Source: Lama guanicoe (Eukaryota). From it: a stretch of 64,000 nucleotides of DNA. The position numbers were made by a program, and so were the translations under genes. The stretch spans positions 5,691,078 to 5,755,077 of the forward strand of contig MU054001.1 of assembly GCA_013239625.1 (NCBI GenBank). Reading direction: 5' to 3'. Below, piece after piece: positions 53,161 through 64,000 of the stretch (position 1 is its first letter; each line of letters begins with the position of its first letter). The notes under the pieces were generated by a model, which searched no databases, was not told the DNA's origin, and saw only the letters and a program-made list of their open reading frames with translations.

Positions 53161-55207
53161 AGGAGCACGCCACCTAGAACGTGCGATTCCTGGAGACGCC
53201 TTCTCGGGAGCGCTCCCGCACTGCTGCCCCGACACTGGCTGTTCTGCAGGCCCTCCTGGTGCAGTGGTCATCCTGCCCCCTGTCACTCTCTTTCCAGGCC
53301 TTTTCTTTATGAAGCTGAACTATACTTCCAAGATAACCTTCTTCAGAAAGTATAAGATAAACCAATTCTGTGCATGTGTAAAAATGTCTGTCTATGTTGC
53401 TTTCACACTGATTGGCCGTGCATACAAGATTTGATTTAAAATCATTTCCCGTCAGTTTTGAAGGCACCATACATCCAGTGTCCCTGATGAGAACGCTCTT
53501 TCCTGGGTGATCTGAAGAGTCAGGAGGATGAAACCCTTCTTCCTCGCTGGTGCAGCTCCTTTCAACCTAAAGATAACCTTCAGTTCTAGGAAACGCTCCA
53601 TTATTTCTTTGACGATTTGCTTTACTCCATTTTCTCTGTTTAGCTAGATGCTGGGTCTGTCATATTGCTTTTTTCTATTATTTTTTTCTGAATGGTTCTT
53701 TGACCAATTCTTAAAACCATACTTTTAAATCTAAGAGCTTTGTCCTATCCTCTGTTCTTGAGTCATGTGTTCTCTAGCCTTAGCAGGTCGTTCTTTTAAA
53801 TGCTGCTGCTTTTCTCCACGTCTCAGATGGTAGTTTCAACTGCAGGCTTACTCAGAGCTGCTGGGACTCTCCACGGGGGTGGGGAAGCCTCTGCCTGGGT
53901 GTGATCTGCTCTGAGAGCAAAGGACCACGTGGAAGAGCCATTTGTTCTGTGGACATTTCAACCAATCCCCTGGTGTCTGTTTCCCACCTCCTTCCTGTTC
54001 TCCTGGTCTGTACCTTCTGGCTCTGAGCCAGTGCTTCTCACCAGGTTCCTGCTAGGAACACTGTCTCTCCTTCCAGTTCTGTTTCAGCAGCCAGGACACT
54101 TCCATCTTCTAGAAGTTGGCTGAACTATCAGCTGATGGCTCCTCACTCATTTATGACTGCTGGAATTTAGTCCCTTTATTCCTTGCTTAGCCCACCATTT
54201 TGAACTGGGAAGCTGAAGAGTTTATGGTCAGTAAAGCACCTGTTCATCTCCCTTCAGTAGCACAGCTAGTGTTAACCACTGCTGTCACCTGAGATGCAAC
54301 GGTTCCTGGGTCAGGTGGAGAAAAGAGATCAGCATTCCTTTTGAGTGCAGATACATAGTTATATCATAATAAATAAGCTTAGAATATGACTTTCTGGTTG
54401 AATTGAATTTAAAAACTTAGGGAACTGAGAGCTAAATTGTTAGTGATCTTAACTGGTGATTCTATGATCTACTTTCACCATTACCTCAGAAAATAAAGGC
54501 ATTTTCAGAATAAAAAATATTCCTTCTTTTTTTTCCCTCTTTTTGGTGTGAGCCTGCCAAAACTTAATTGCAGACTGGTGCTGCTAACTAGTGACTTAAA
54601 CCTCTAAATGATCTCTCTGTGCATTTTTCAGTGTATCATAAGTAATTACGATACGGACTGGAGCCCCAAAGCCCCGTATGTACAGAACCTTTTCAAAATT
54701 TAGCAATTAGGCATGGTTAGTCTTTACTACAATTTCTATTTTATACCACTTCTTTTCCATAGATTTATCAACTACAGTAATCGAAGTGATCTACAGGGGG
54801 ACAGGAGGTCTCACAGGAACTTCAAAAGGTGAGAATTGGGCTTAACATTTTAAAACAGCTATTTTACACATAAGCAATCTATATATTTAACAATTTGTTA
54901 ACTAGGACAAAACCTCAAATCTTCACCTGAACAGCAGATACTTCTGATGCCCAGGCTGGTATTTTTTCCCTCAGCAAGTCTTCTTTCTTAGTAGAAGGGA
55001 AAACATGGGGAAATTTGTCTGTTTTCCCTTTATTTGATCAAAATTTAAAAATCTGAATTACAGGTGTAAAAATTCAATCTGTGTTTAAAACTAAGACATT
55101 CATAGGAAGAAGGCAAAACACTATTAATTTAAATTTTAAAATACTATTAATAACCTTTTTTAATTTAAAAATTTAAAAACCATATAAATAGGTTTCTTTA
55201 TACTTAC

Positions 55208-55398
55208 TGGAAGAACAAGACCTCGCAGTGTGATTTCACCAGTCATGGCTACATCCGAACGCACCAGCCGCCCACTAAAAAGTGAGGCGAGACAGGTTGC
55301 TATGGTAACTCCTGCAGATGGTCCGTCTTTTGTGACAGCTCCAGCTGGGAAGTGCAGATGGATGTCTGTGTTCTCAAGAAGATCAAAACTTCCAGAAG
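55208..55398 (-). CDS. LONP2: LONP2 penultimate coding exon (catalytic Ser motif KDGPSAG)
   Basis: (A)[63 protein letters not shown]. Acceptor ttttaaag and donor gtaagt; 191 nt, with phases matching both neighbouring exons. Confidence 0.97.
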
Positions 55399-55818
55399 CT
55401 TTAAAAAAGGGAGGAAAAAAAAGGATTTTAATGTAGAAAAATTAAACCTGTTTCTTTTTCTCCTAAAAAAGAAAATCAGATAAAAATGAATGTTTAGGGT
55501 AAATAAACCCTTCAGAATATTAATGGGCAGTACAAGTAAAGTGGGGGTCTGGAAGAACAATTTCATTCTATTCTGAGGGGAATGAGAAACAAAACAAACC
55601 CTTGGAACCGGTTTCCAGCTCAGGTTCTAGTCAGACAGTCCTCAAGCGGGAACTGGACTCTCCATGGGAGTTCAAAAGCAAAGGTCTGTGTCTGTGATTT
55701 AAGGCGTTTCCGGCAATTTACAGCTCCTCTCACTCTCTGTCACGGAACTATGGGGTGCCTCTGCGGTCACAACCACGGCCCTTGTCGGCACGCCCCGCCC
55801 CGGGGCGCGGTCACTCAC

Positions 55819-56026
55819 CGGTGGTCAGGTGGTACTTCTTGGCGTTGCTACGGAGCCAGCTGATGGCGAGGTGGGCAGACTCCTTCATGACGTTCCCTAG
55901 CTGGCCAGTCAGGGTCAGCTGGCCCTCGCCATCCATTCGGCTCGCCTCCACGAACATGATTTCCCCACCCAAGGGAGTCCAAGCCAAGCCGATTGCCACT
56001 CCTGGTTGACTCAGACGCTCAGACAC
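55819..56026 (-). CDS. LONP2: LONP2 internal coding exon (start of protease domain)
   Basis: [69 protein letters not shown]. Acceptor ctcaag and donor gtgagt; 208 nt. I found no further upstream exon inside the window. Confidence 0.97.
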
Positions 56027-59000
56027 CTTGAGAGAAAGGAGGACAATGATCCGTGAGATCAACGCAGCCAGATCGTCTGCAGGCTGACTCAGTCGCAAGG
56101 CTGTGCGCTTCCGTGAAGGGCTGAAGTTCAAGTTGCATCTCAAAGTATCTACTGCTGCACAGGATCTGGAGTCACGTAGGGCTTTCTGCCAGAAGATAAA
56201 CTAAACTTCCTCTTTGGCATTTACCAGAAACAATTTTCCCTTAAAATACATGTCAATAACTGATTCTCAGCCACCACATCTAGTTGCACACACCTTACTT
56301 TTCAAGGAATAGAAGGAATTGTTTTACCTAAATATTTTCATTATTTATAAATAGTCTAGAGCCGAATTTCATTTTAGGTAATCATGAATTTGTTTCAGAA
56401 AGCAGAAACCCTCTTTTTAATATACCTTTGAGAAGTGTTAGCTCCAGAGGCCAAGTACGAAGGTGTATATTAAAATTGCTAGATTTTACTTCTCCACCAC
56501 TTAGCTTTACTTTCTCTTTATTGCTGCAGACACTATAAAATGCTACTTCATGATGTCCCAGATCCTTTCCACGCACCCAGAGGCCCACTGTGCTGCCTCA
56601 CTGCCGTTTTATACTGAACATGTCACTCACAGGAGCTTACGAGCCAAACAGGTTAACACATCCAAGTTATGAAAACATATAAAAAGTAAAAAAGTAACAG
56701 TTGAAAGCAGTCATGTTAAGTTTTATTGCACACTTTGAGCCTCCAAATTTTTTACCCTATAGAAGTTACCCATGTCAGAGGAACTGGGCACAATGTGTCA
56801 ACCCAGCACTAACTGAAACATGAGATTTTTCCACCGAGAGGTAACTTCCTCTGAGTTTCTCTGAGTTTCGGTGGAAGGCTGGGTGGCTGATTATTATTCC
56901 TTTCCCAAGGGGCTCATGTGCTGAAAATCCTGATTTTAAATGGATGTGTAGCATCCACTGAATCTACTGGGCACTTAATTTTAGTAGTAAACATAAAAGC
57001 CTGTTTTTCAAGTTGGTTTTCTATTTAATACGAGAAGCTGGAGATTTGGAAGGCCAGGTTGCAGCGCCAGCTGAGCTGAGACCATGCACCACGGATTTCA
57101 CCTCCCCTCAGCTTTGGCATTTGCCCTGTTCTGTATCTACTTGAGAAAGATGCACAAGATCAGTATGCAAATGATCAACTATGGAAGGAAAACACAGACA
57201 CAACTATTTATAAAGGCGTCACAAGGCTTGTTCTTGCTAATATAAAATCAGTTCTCTATACCGTAACGACATCTAATTTGGGCAGGAACCTGCCAGGGGT
57301 TCCTGTTTTTCCCGCGTGGCTCTTTTCTAGGGCTGACTGAACCAGTCCTGAAGACTCATCCTCAGTATGCTGAAGCATGTGCTCATTTAACAGAAAAAGC
57401 CATACGGCACAACTTTGTTAGCTATGGCAAGAACAATCCCTTTTTAAAGCTAAATCCTCAAAACTCATTTTGTCAGAATAATACCAAAAATGTCCCCCCA
57501 AAATCAGGAATAAGACTCATATTGACTGCCACGTTGCTTCAAGAAACCAAGCCTATTTCTGACACACTCCATCTGCCAGAGTCTTGGTGCTCTGGGCGGA
57601 AGTGATTGGTACACTCAGCTGAAAGGATCGGGGTAGATAAGTCCGAATGGCCAAACCCAAAACATCCAGGCTCACAATCACTCTATTCTAACTTGATGGT
57701 AAGTGTTCTAACATTAACCTGAAGATGGAACCAACGACACTTCCGTGTAGCTCAACAACACACACACACACGTGGCGGAACTGAAGGGCAGGAGTTACTG
57801 TCACGCAGAACCTCGTGGTCAGGCTAAGAGCAGTTATCTAAGACTTAGTAAAGAATCTTTCATTCACTTGGTCATATTCTTCAAAGACACGTGTTCTGAA
57901 ACTAACAATTCTGTAACAATCAAGCATCCAGTTTCTATGTATTTTTCCCTCAGAAACAATGAGAGTGCAAGTAAATATGAATTTAAAAGATAGGATATGT
58001 GTACTTTCTTGCTCTTGAAGGCAGAAAGTGTCCCAGCCATCTTAAACCCTTTATAGGGAACAATTTGTATTTTACAGTATTCTCTAACAAGTGATTCAAC
58101 ACAATTATTTCAAAACTATGTTTATCTAGTAGTGCTTTACTAGTTTCTAATTCCATTACTGGTTTGTGGAACCATCAGTTATATTAGCCGAGACAGGCCG
58201 AGGTGTGGCACTTAGAAGGTTCTTCCCTGTAGATGTCAAAGTGGAACGTGGGTATCTCAAGCTCATTTCTGTCACTCAGTTTCCTTTGAAACTCATAAAT
58301 CCCTGTGCTTGTTTCCTTTATCTGTTAACTGAATCTTGTTCAAAGAAAAATGGTCAATTTTTTCTGTAATAATTCTATCGATCATGTATATATGCAGATT
58401 GAGGAAGTGTTTAAAATATTTAATGAAAAGCCTAATCATAACAGAGTATGTCTTTTAAAGTATGGTTGCATTCTTAACATTTCAGTGATAGCGGTGTTTA
58501 AGAAGCATGTGAGTAATCACTGCCAATTTCACACTGTTCTTTCCTCTTGATTAACTTAAAACAGTGAAATTTGACTGAAACAGTAAATACGTACAACTTG
58601 TGACCCTTCCAAGCCTAGACCAACACATATAGTTTTATTACTTTGTTATTCACTATTGCAGCCAATCAGAGGGGTTAAGAGTTTTACATTCGTTCGTCAG
58701 TGCCTGCCCCATCACGGATCATAGGAATATCAAGTGAATCCCTCAGGGAAGTGAAGGCCTACTTACCTACGACAGAGGAAGGGGCCATTTATACCCCCGC
58801 ACAGGGAGTGTGACAGCAGAGGATGCACCGAGCGCTTGTATCTACAGAGAGCCCTGGAGAAGCAGGGTCATGTCTGGGGAGCTGGGACAGGTGTTAGAGG
58901 AGGGACTGAGCAGTCTTAGAGTATGACTAGGGGTCTGCTGGGCAGAAAAAGGGCAGAAAGCCATCGGAGCAGGGAGGCCAGCATGTGCCAAGGACTAGAC

Positions 59001-59648
59001 ACACGAATCATGCTGTGGGCCTTCTTCCCAGGGACAAGCCCGGTGCCGCGAGACACACAAACCCGCTCTGGGGCGCGGGGGCGGCTGGCTCTGCAGTGCC
59101 GTCCACACCGCACGCCGACCTCCTTCACAGCTCACACAGCGCTTCTTATGCTCCTGCCAGGATTCTCACCACAGCAGCTCTCCATCTGCCAACTTCTTTA
59201 AAGTCTTTGTACTAATAAGATCCTAAGCCTTGACTTCATGAATGTTTGCTTTTTCCAGCTGTAAATTTGTTTCAGCAGCTTCTCCCCTGGCGAGGTGCTG
59301 GGGTCTGGCCGGACACCGGCACTGCTGATGGCCAGCTGTCCCAGAGCCTCCAGCGGGGCCTTTCCCAGGCCCAGACGCCGGGTGACGGACGGGGCGGGGG
59401 CGAGGCTACGTGCAGCCTCAGTGCTGTCTTAACAGGGCGTGGGGCCCCGAGCAAGCGAACGCAGTGGAACGGAGAAGGAATTCACTACCGGTAACGACTC
59501 CTCAGGGCATTCCGTTAGTGTTGAGACACTTCACCCACTTCTAGCATCTGATTCTGTCTGTCTGCAAGGTAAGCACACTGATGGAATCTCTTGGAATTCA
59601 CCTTTGGATGCATTCCATTCAGAAAGCTTTTAAAAATCTGCACGTCTA

Positions 59649-59785
59649 GGGTGGGGAGGGTATAGCCTTGTGGTAGAGTGTGTGCCTAGCATGCACATGG
59701 TCCTGGGGTCAATCTCCACCCAGCACCCCGACTAAATAAATAAATAAATAATTACCCCGCCCCAAAAAACTTTTAAAAAGAAAAA
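59649..59785 (+). mobile_element. tRNA-derived SINE
   Basis: Head plus tail; TSD ctgcacgtct on both sides. Confidence 0.9.
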
Positions 59786-60309
59786 AAACTGCACGTCTGT
59801 TGTCTTCTTCCCTTTATTAATGTTCTTTTGAGGGCAGTGACCTTTGGATAAGGACTTTTCATACACCACAGCAGCTTTCCTACAGTCTATGAATGGAGTC
59901 AGGAATACTCGGATGACACATTTTCAGGATTAGCAGACTGGACAGAACAGACACTCACAGCCTGGATGGCTGGTTTTCTGAGGCTGAAAATTAAATTTAT
60001 CCTGGAAAGACTAGAGCTTACGTGTTCTTCTGACTGTGTCCCCACATTTTCAATCTGTGAGTTGAAGACTGTTCCCTCCTGACATATACAGGAACTCCTT
60101 ATGTTGGCTTTTTTGGGGGAGTCAGCTGTAGGATTTTATGATATTTATATAATATACTTAATAGATATATACATCTAATATGAAGATGTATATGTATCTA
60201 ATAACGTGGAGGCTTCTCCTGGCTTTGACAGGATGGAAATGAAAATTGTAAGATTCTCATCTCCCCAAAAGATGTCATGTAATCAATAAAAATTATTGCT
60301 AAACTTTTG

Positions 60310-61385
60310 CTAAAAGCTTCTGCACAGCAAAGGAAACCATAAACCAAATGAAAAGACAACCTGCAGACTGGGAGAAAATATTTGCAAATGATGCGACTGG
60401 CAAGGAGTTAATTTCCAAAATATAAGCTCAATTAAAAAAAAAACCCAATCAAAAAATGGGCCGAAGATCGCAACAGACAATTCTCCAAAGAAGACACACA
60501 GATGGCCAACAGGCACACAAAAAGATGCTCAACATCACAAATTATTAGAGAAATGCCAATCAAAACTATAATGAGGTATCCCTCATGCCAGTCAGAATGG
60601 CCATCATCAAAAAAAGTCTACAAATAATAAATAAAAAGACGGTATGGAGAAAAAGGAATCCTCCTACTCTGTCGGTGAGCGTGTAAATTGGTGCAGCCAC
60701 TATGGAGAACAATATTGAGGTGCCTTAGAAAACTAAAAATAGAACTACCATATGATACAGCAATACCACTCCTGGGCATATACCTGGAAAAAAACCGAAA
60801 ACTCTATTTCGAAACGATAATGTACCCCGATGTTCAAAGCAGCAGTATTTACAATAGCCAAGACATGGAAACAACCTCAATGTCTACAGATAGATGAATG
60901 GATAAAGAAGATGTGGGGTATATATACAATGGAATATTACTCGGCCATGAAAAAGAATGAAATGATGCCATTTGTAACAACATGGATGGACCCAGAGATT
61001 ACCATATGAAGTTAATAAGTAAGTCAGAGAAAGACAAATATATGATACCACTTATATGTGGAATCTAAAAAGATGATATAAATGAACTTATTTATGAAAC
61101 AGGAACAGACTCATAGACATAGGAAACAAACTTATGGTTACCAAAGGGTAAAGAGGGGAGAGATAAATTAGGAGTATGGGATTAGCATATATAAAATAGA
61201 TAACCAACAAGGGCCTACTGTATAGCACAAGGAACTACATTCAACATCTTACAATAACCTGTAATGGAAAAGACTCTGAAAAAGAATAGTTATATATATA
61301 TATATAACTGAATCACTTTTCTGTATACCTGAAACACTGTAAATCAACCATACTTCAATTAACAAAAAAGGAAAAAATAGAAAAC
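60310..61385 (+). mobile_element. LINE-1 fragment (ORF2 end plus 3' UTR)
   Basis: [31 protein letters not shown]; same family as the 15.8-17.2 kb element. Confidence 0.95.
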
Positions 61386-64000
61386 AAATAAATGGGTTGG
61401 AGTCTAAATAAGTAAATAGATAAGCAAATAAAATTTAAAAACTAAAAGTAACTGCAAACAAGTTTACCATTATTAATGGCAATCTTCTAACCGACCAGAT
61501 CAAAGATTCAATAGCTGTGCGCTTCCCTAAATCCTACAGCCCCCGACCTGGGTGTGCTGCTGGGGACGTGTCCTGACACCCCATGCTGTGGACGGAGGCC
61601 AGGCCGCTTCAGGCGCCTGCACCCCCACCCTCTCCCACGTCTCTTTATACTGCAGGGAGATCTCTTATTTTATTTCTTAAAATTGGGTTTAACTGATCTT
61701 GTTTCTATTTTCTTACAACTCTGTAATTTACATCTCCATCTTGGGTTTCTCCTCTGAACAATAGACCTGCATGTCCCAATGTCTCCTTCACTCAGAGGCC
61801 ACAGAGATATTTCAGACCTGTGCAGAAAGGAGCACCCAGTTTCACTCCCGCCTTCCTTCCGTCGTCAGGCTCTCCCATCTCAGGAAACAGCACGACTGCA
61901 CACACATCCTGCTGCTCTGGCCAGAAACCCGAAATCCCTTTTGATTACTGTTTCCTTTTCCCCACAGGTACTCCATCAGCAAGACTCTCCAGTCTAGCTC
62001 CAAAGTCCACCCCAGACACGGCTGGAGCAGCCACTCCCTAGCTCAGGACCACCCTGTGTGTCTGCTTTACAGAATCAATCTCAACTGATAATCATCTGTT
62101 AATTTGTTTCTTTTCCCTACTAATGTAAGCTCCACGAAGGTAGAATCACCCCTTGTCTGTTTACTCCTGTATTGCCAGCAGCACACATTTACTGAAAATG
62201 GAACTCCTTCTAGGAGAAATGACAGAACCTCAACTTTTATCTTCATGGAGAATACAGACTTTTAAACCCCAAAAGGCACGTCCCAGCACCTTGGGAACAC
62301 CTCACCATGGCCTCCAGTACTCCTAGTATAATCTGTCTCTCCAGACTCTTGACCTAGGCAGGCGCAGAGAGGCAGGGAGGCGGCGATAGCCCCCGCGAGC
62401 ACCGCATACAGCAGAAGGCTGGCTGCTCAGGGGGGCTGGGTCACACTTCTCTAACAAAACACACAGAACACAAGCGTGGGGTCAGGCCGGGAACCAAATC
62501 TTAGTTCTGGCAAAAGGTGCATCTTCTCACAAGTCACTTAAACACGCTAAGCCTGGTTCCTCAACTGGTATCGGAAAGACGCCATACCTGAAGACTCGAT
62601 GTGTTGCTTGTGACAGGGTCTCCTCCAGTGCCTGACACCTAACAGATACACAAACAGAAAGTGGCCAAGAAGCCCAACCCGACCTCTCCCACCCCAAAAC
62701 ACAGCACTACAGTCGGTGAGAATATAAGTGAAAATCTGATGTAGAGCAGACGCCTTTTCTGTAAAACTGCCATACTTCAGTGATTCTCTTTTAGCAGGAA
62801 AGGGCAGGAATGAGCATGGTCTGCAGGGACAGGGAAAGCATACTGGACTTGCACTTGGCTGAGCTAAGTTTAAATACTGGCTTCACTGGTTGCACCTGAT
62901 GTGAATTTGCATGATTCATTTAACCTCTTTAAGTTTTTCTCTGTCTGTAAAATGGGGGACTCCAAGGACAGTGAAAGCCCTCGTGGACAATGAAGAAATG
63001 ATCCATAAATCTTAATCTCATAGGTGCAAAAGCTGGGGCAGAGGGTGGTTAAAAACTTGGGGGCTGATGGTCATCAAGGTAGAGAAGGAAACGCCCGGCG
63101 ACAGGGTGAATTCTCTCAAGTGTAGAAAAGGTGAACAAAATGTCCCTCACTCCCAGGCACAGGACCTTCTATTCTAAGACTTACAGAAAAATAGAAGTCA
63201 AAGTGGCTACTGGATTCATGTCAGTGAAAGTGTAATACCTCAGATGCCACAAGAAAAATGAAACAGTTTCTCCAATGATTTCAAACAGAGCTGTTAAGCC
63301 ATGTTTATAAAACTACTCTTTCGGTCCTCTGGCTCTTTCTCTGCCAAAGCTCCAAGAATGTCAGCAATGCTTCCAAACCCAACAGGAGCAGAAATGGCTG
63401 GGAAGGAGGGGTGTGTGCAACAGAAGCGCACATCCATCTGTTGTGTTTATTAACGCCTCCGGTGTAAGCTCCGCAAGGACGGCTGGCGCGGACCGCTGTG
63501 GAGAGCCGAGAGGAGCAAGCCCGCCGGACACGCGCGTGCAGAACCTGTTTCCATCCTTGCTCACAACACCACCGCGCTCTCTTGGAACAGGAAAGCAGTG
63601 CTGGCCCACTTCCTCAACCAAGTTTTGCTCTGCTTCTTTCAACACTGCAAAATTTAAATCCACAATATCTTCAGAATTCTAACAACCAGAATAATGTTTC
63701 TGATTCTATGGTTCAGGACCAGATTCACCATCAAGAGTAAACGTGTTCTGTTCTTGTAGCTGAGAGCTCTTCAGGGGCTCGCAGGCATTAATGACCAGCT
63801 CAGAGTTTACGTAGACAAATAAGGCAGGTTTGGGGACTACTTCTCCTCTCCTCAGTTTTGAGGAAAACCTTATTTACTGGCAGTGATTTCAAATGTTAGA
63901 TGGTGAGGTTATCTTCTTCATAATTTACCAGATGTATCTTCTGAAAATCTTTTTTCCATATACTGAAAAGGTGATGGTAAGGCTTCTGAAGAAAGATGCT

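Noticed and set aside
56027..56143. N-terminal extension of the 110-aa minus-strand ORF
   Set aside because: Intronic read-through upstream of the LONP2 splice acceptor.
4050..59730. tRNA-like sequences with A/B boxes (about 9 copies)
   Set aside because: They are mutually diverged and have A-rich tails and TSDs, so they are SINE heads rather than tRNA genes. They are dispersed without regular spacers, so they are not a CRISPR array.
1..64000. A novel prokaryotic-type system (defence island, operon, CRISPR)
   Set aside because: The sequence is mammalian, with spliced genes and mammalian repeats; nothing supports such a system.

Overview
This is mammalian genomic DNA, not microbial. It is most likely camelid (alpaca/camel), judging by its young tRNA-derived SINE family. 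The window holds the complete SIAH1 gene on the + strand: a CpG-island first exon ending at 20378, an alternative coding first exon for the long isoform at 41099-41189, and the main coding exon with CDS 43529-44377. It also holds the last three coding exons of peroxisomal Lon protease LONP2 on the - strand, convergent with SIAH1 and ending in PTS1 SKL. The rest is intergenic or intronic DNA rich in L1, L2, MIR, MLT/MER elements and about 9 SINE copies, with one 89-nt assembly gap. The most notable observations are: a ~350-bp near-identical tract between two otherwise diverged L1 copies 10 kb apart (gene-conversion signature); a spliced out-of-frame 70-codon uORF overlapping both SIAH1 starts on the long-isoform mRNA; ATF4/CEBP- and HIF-type motifs just upstream of that isoform's promoter; an open in-frame N-terminal extension through exon 1; and an acidic-to-Asn change in a conserved Lon motif. 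No prokaryotic-type novel system is supported.
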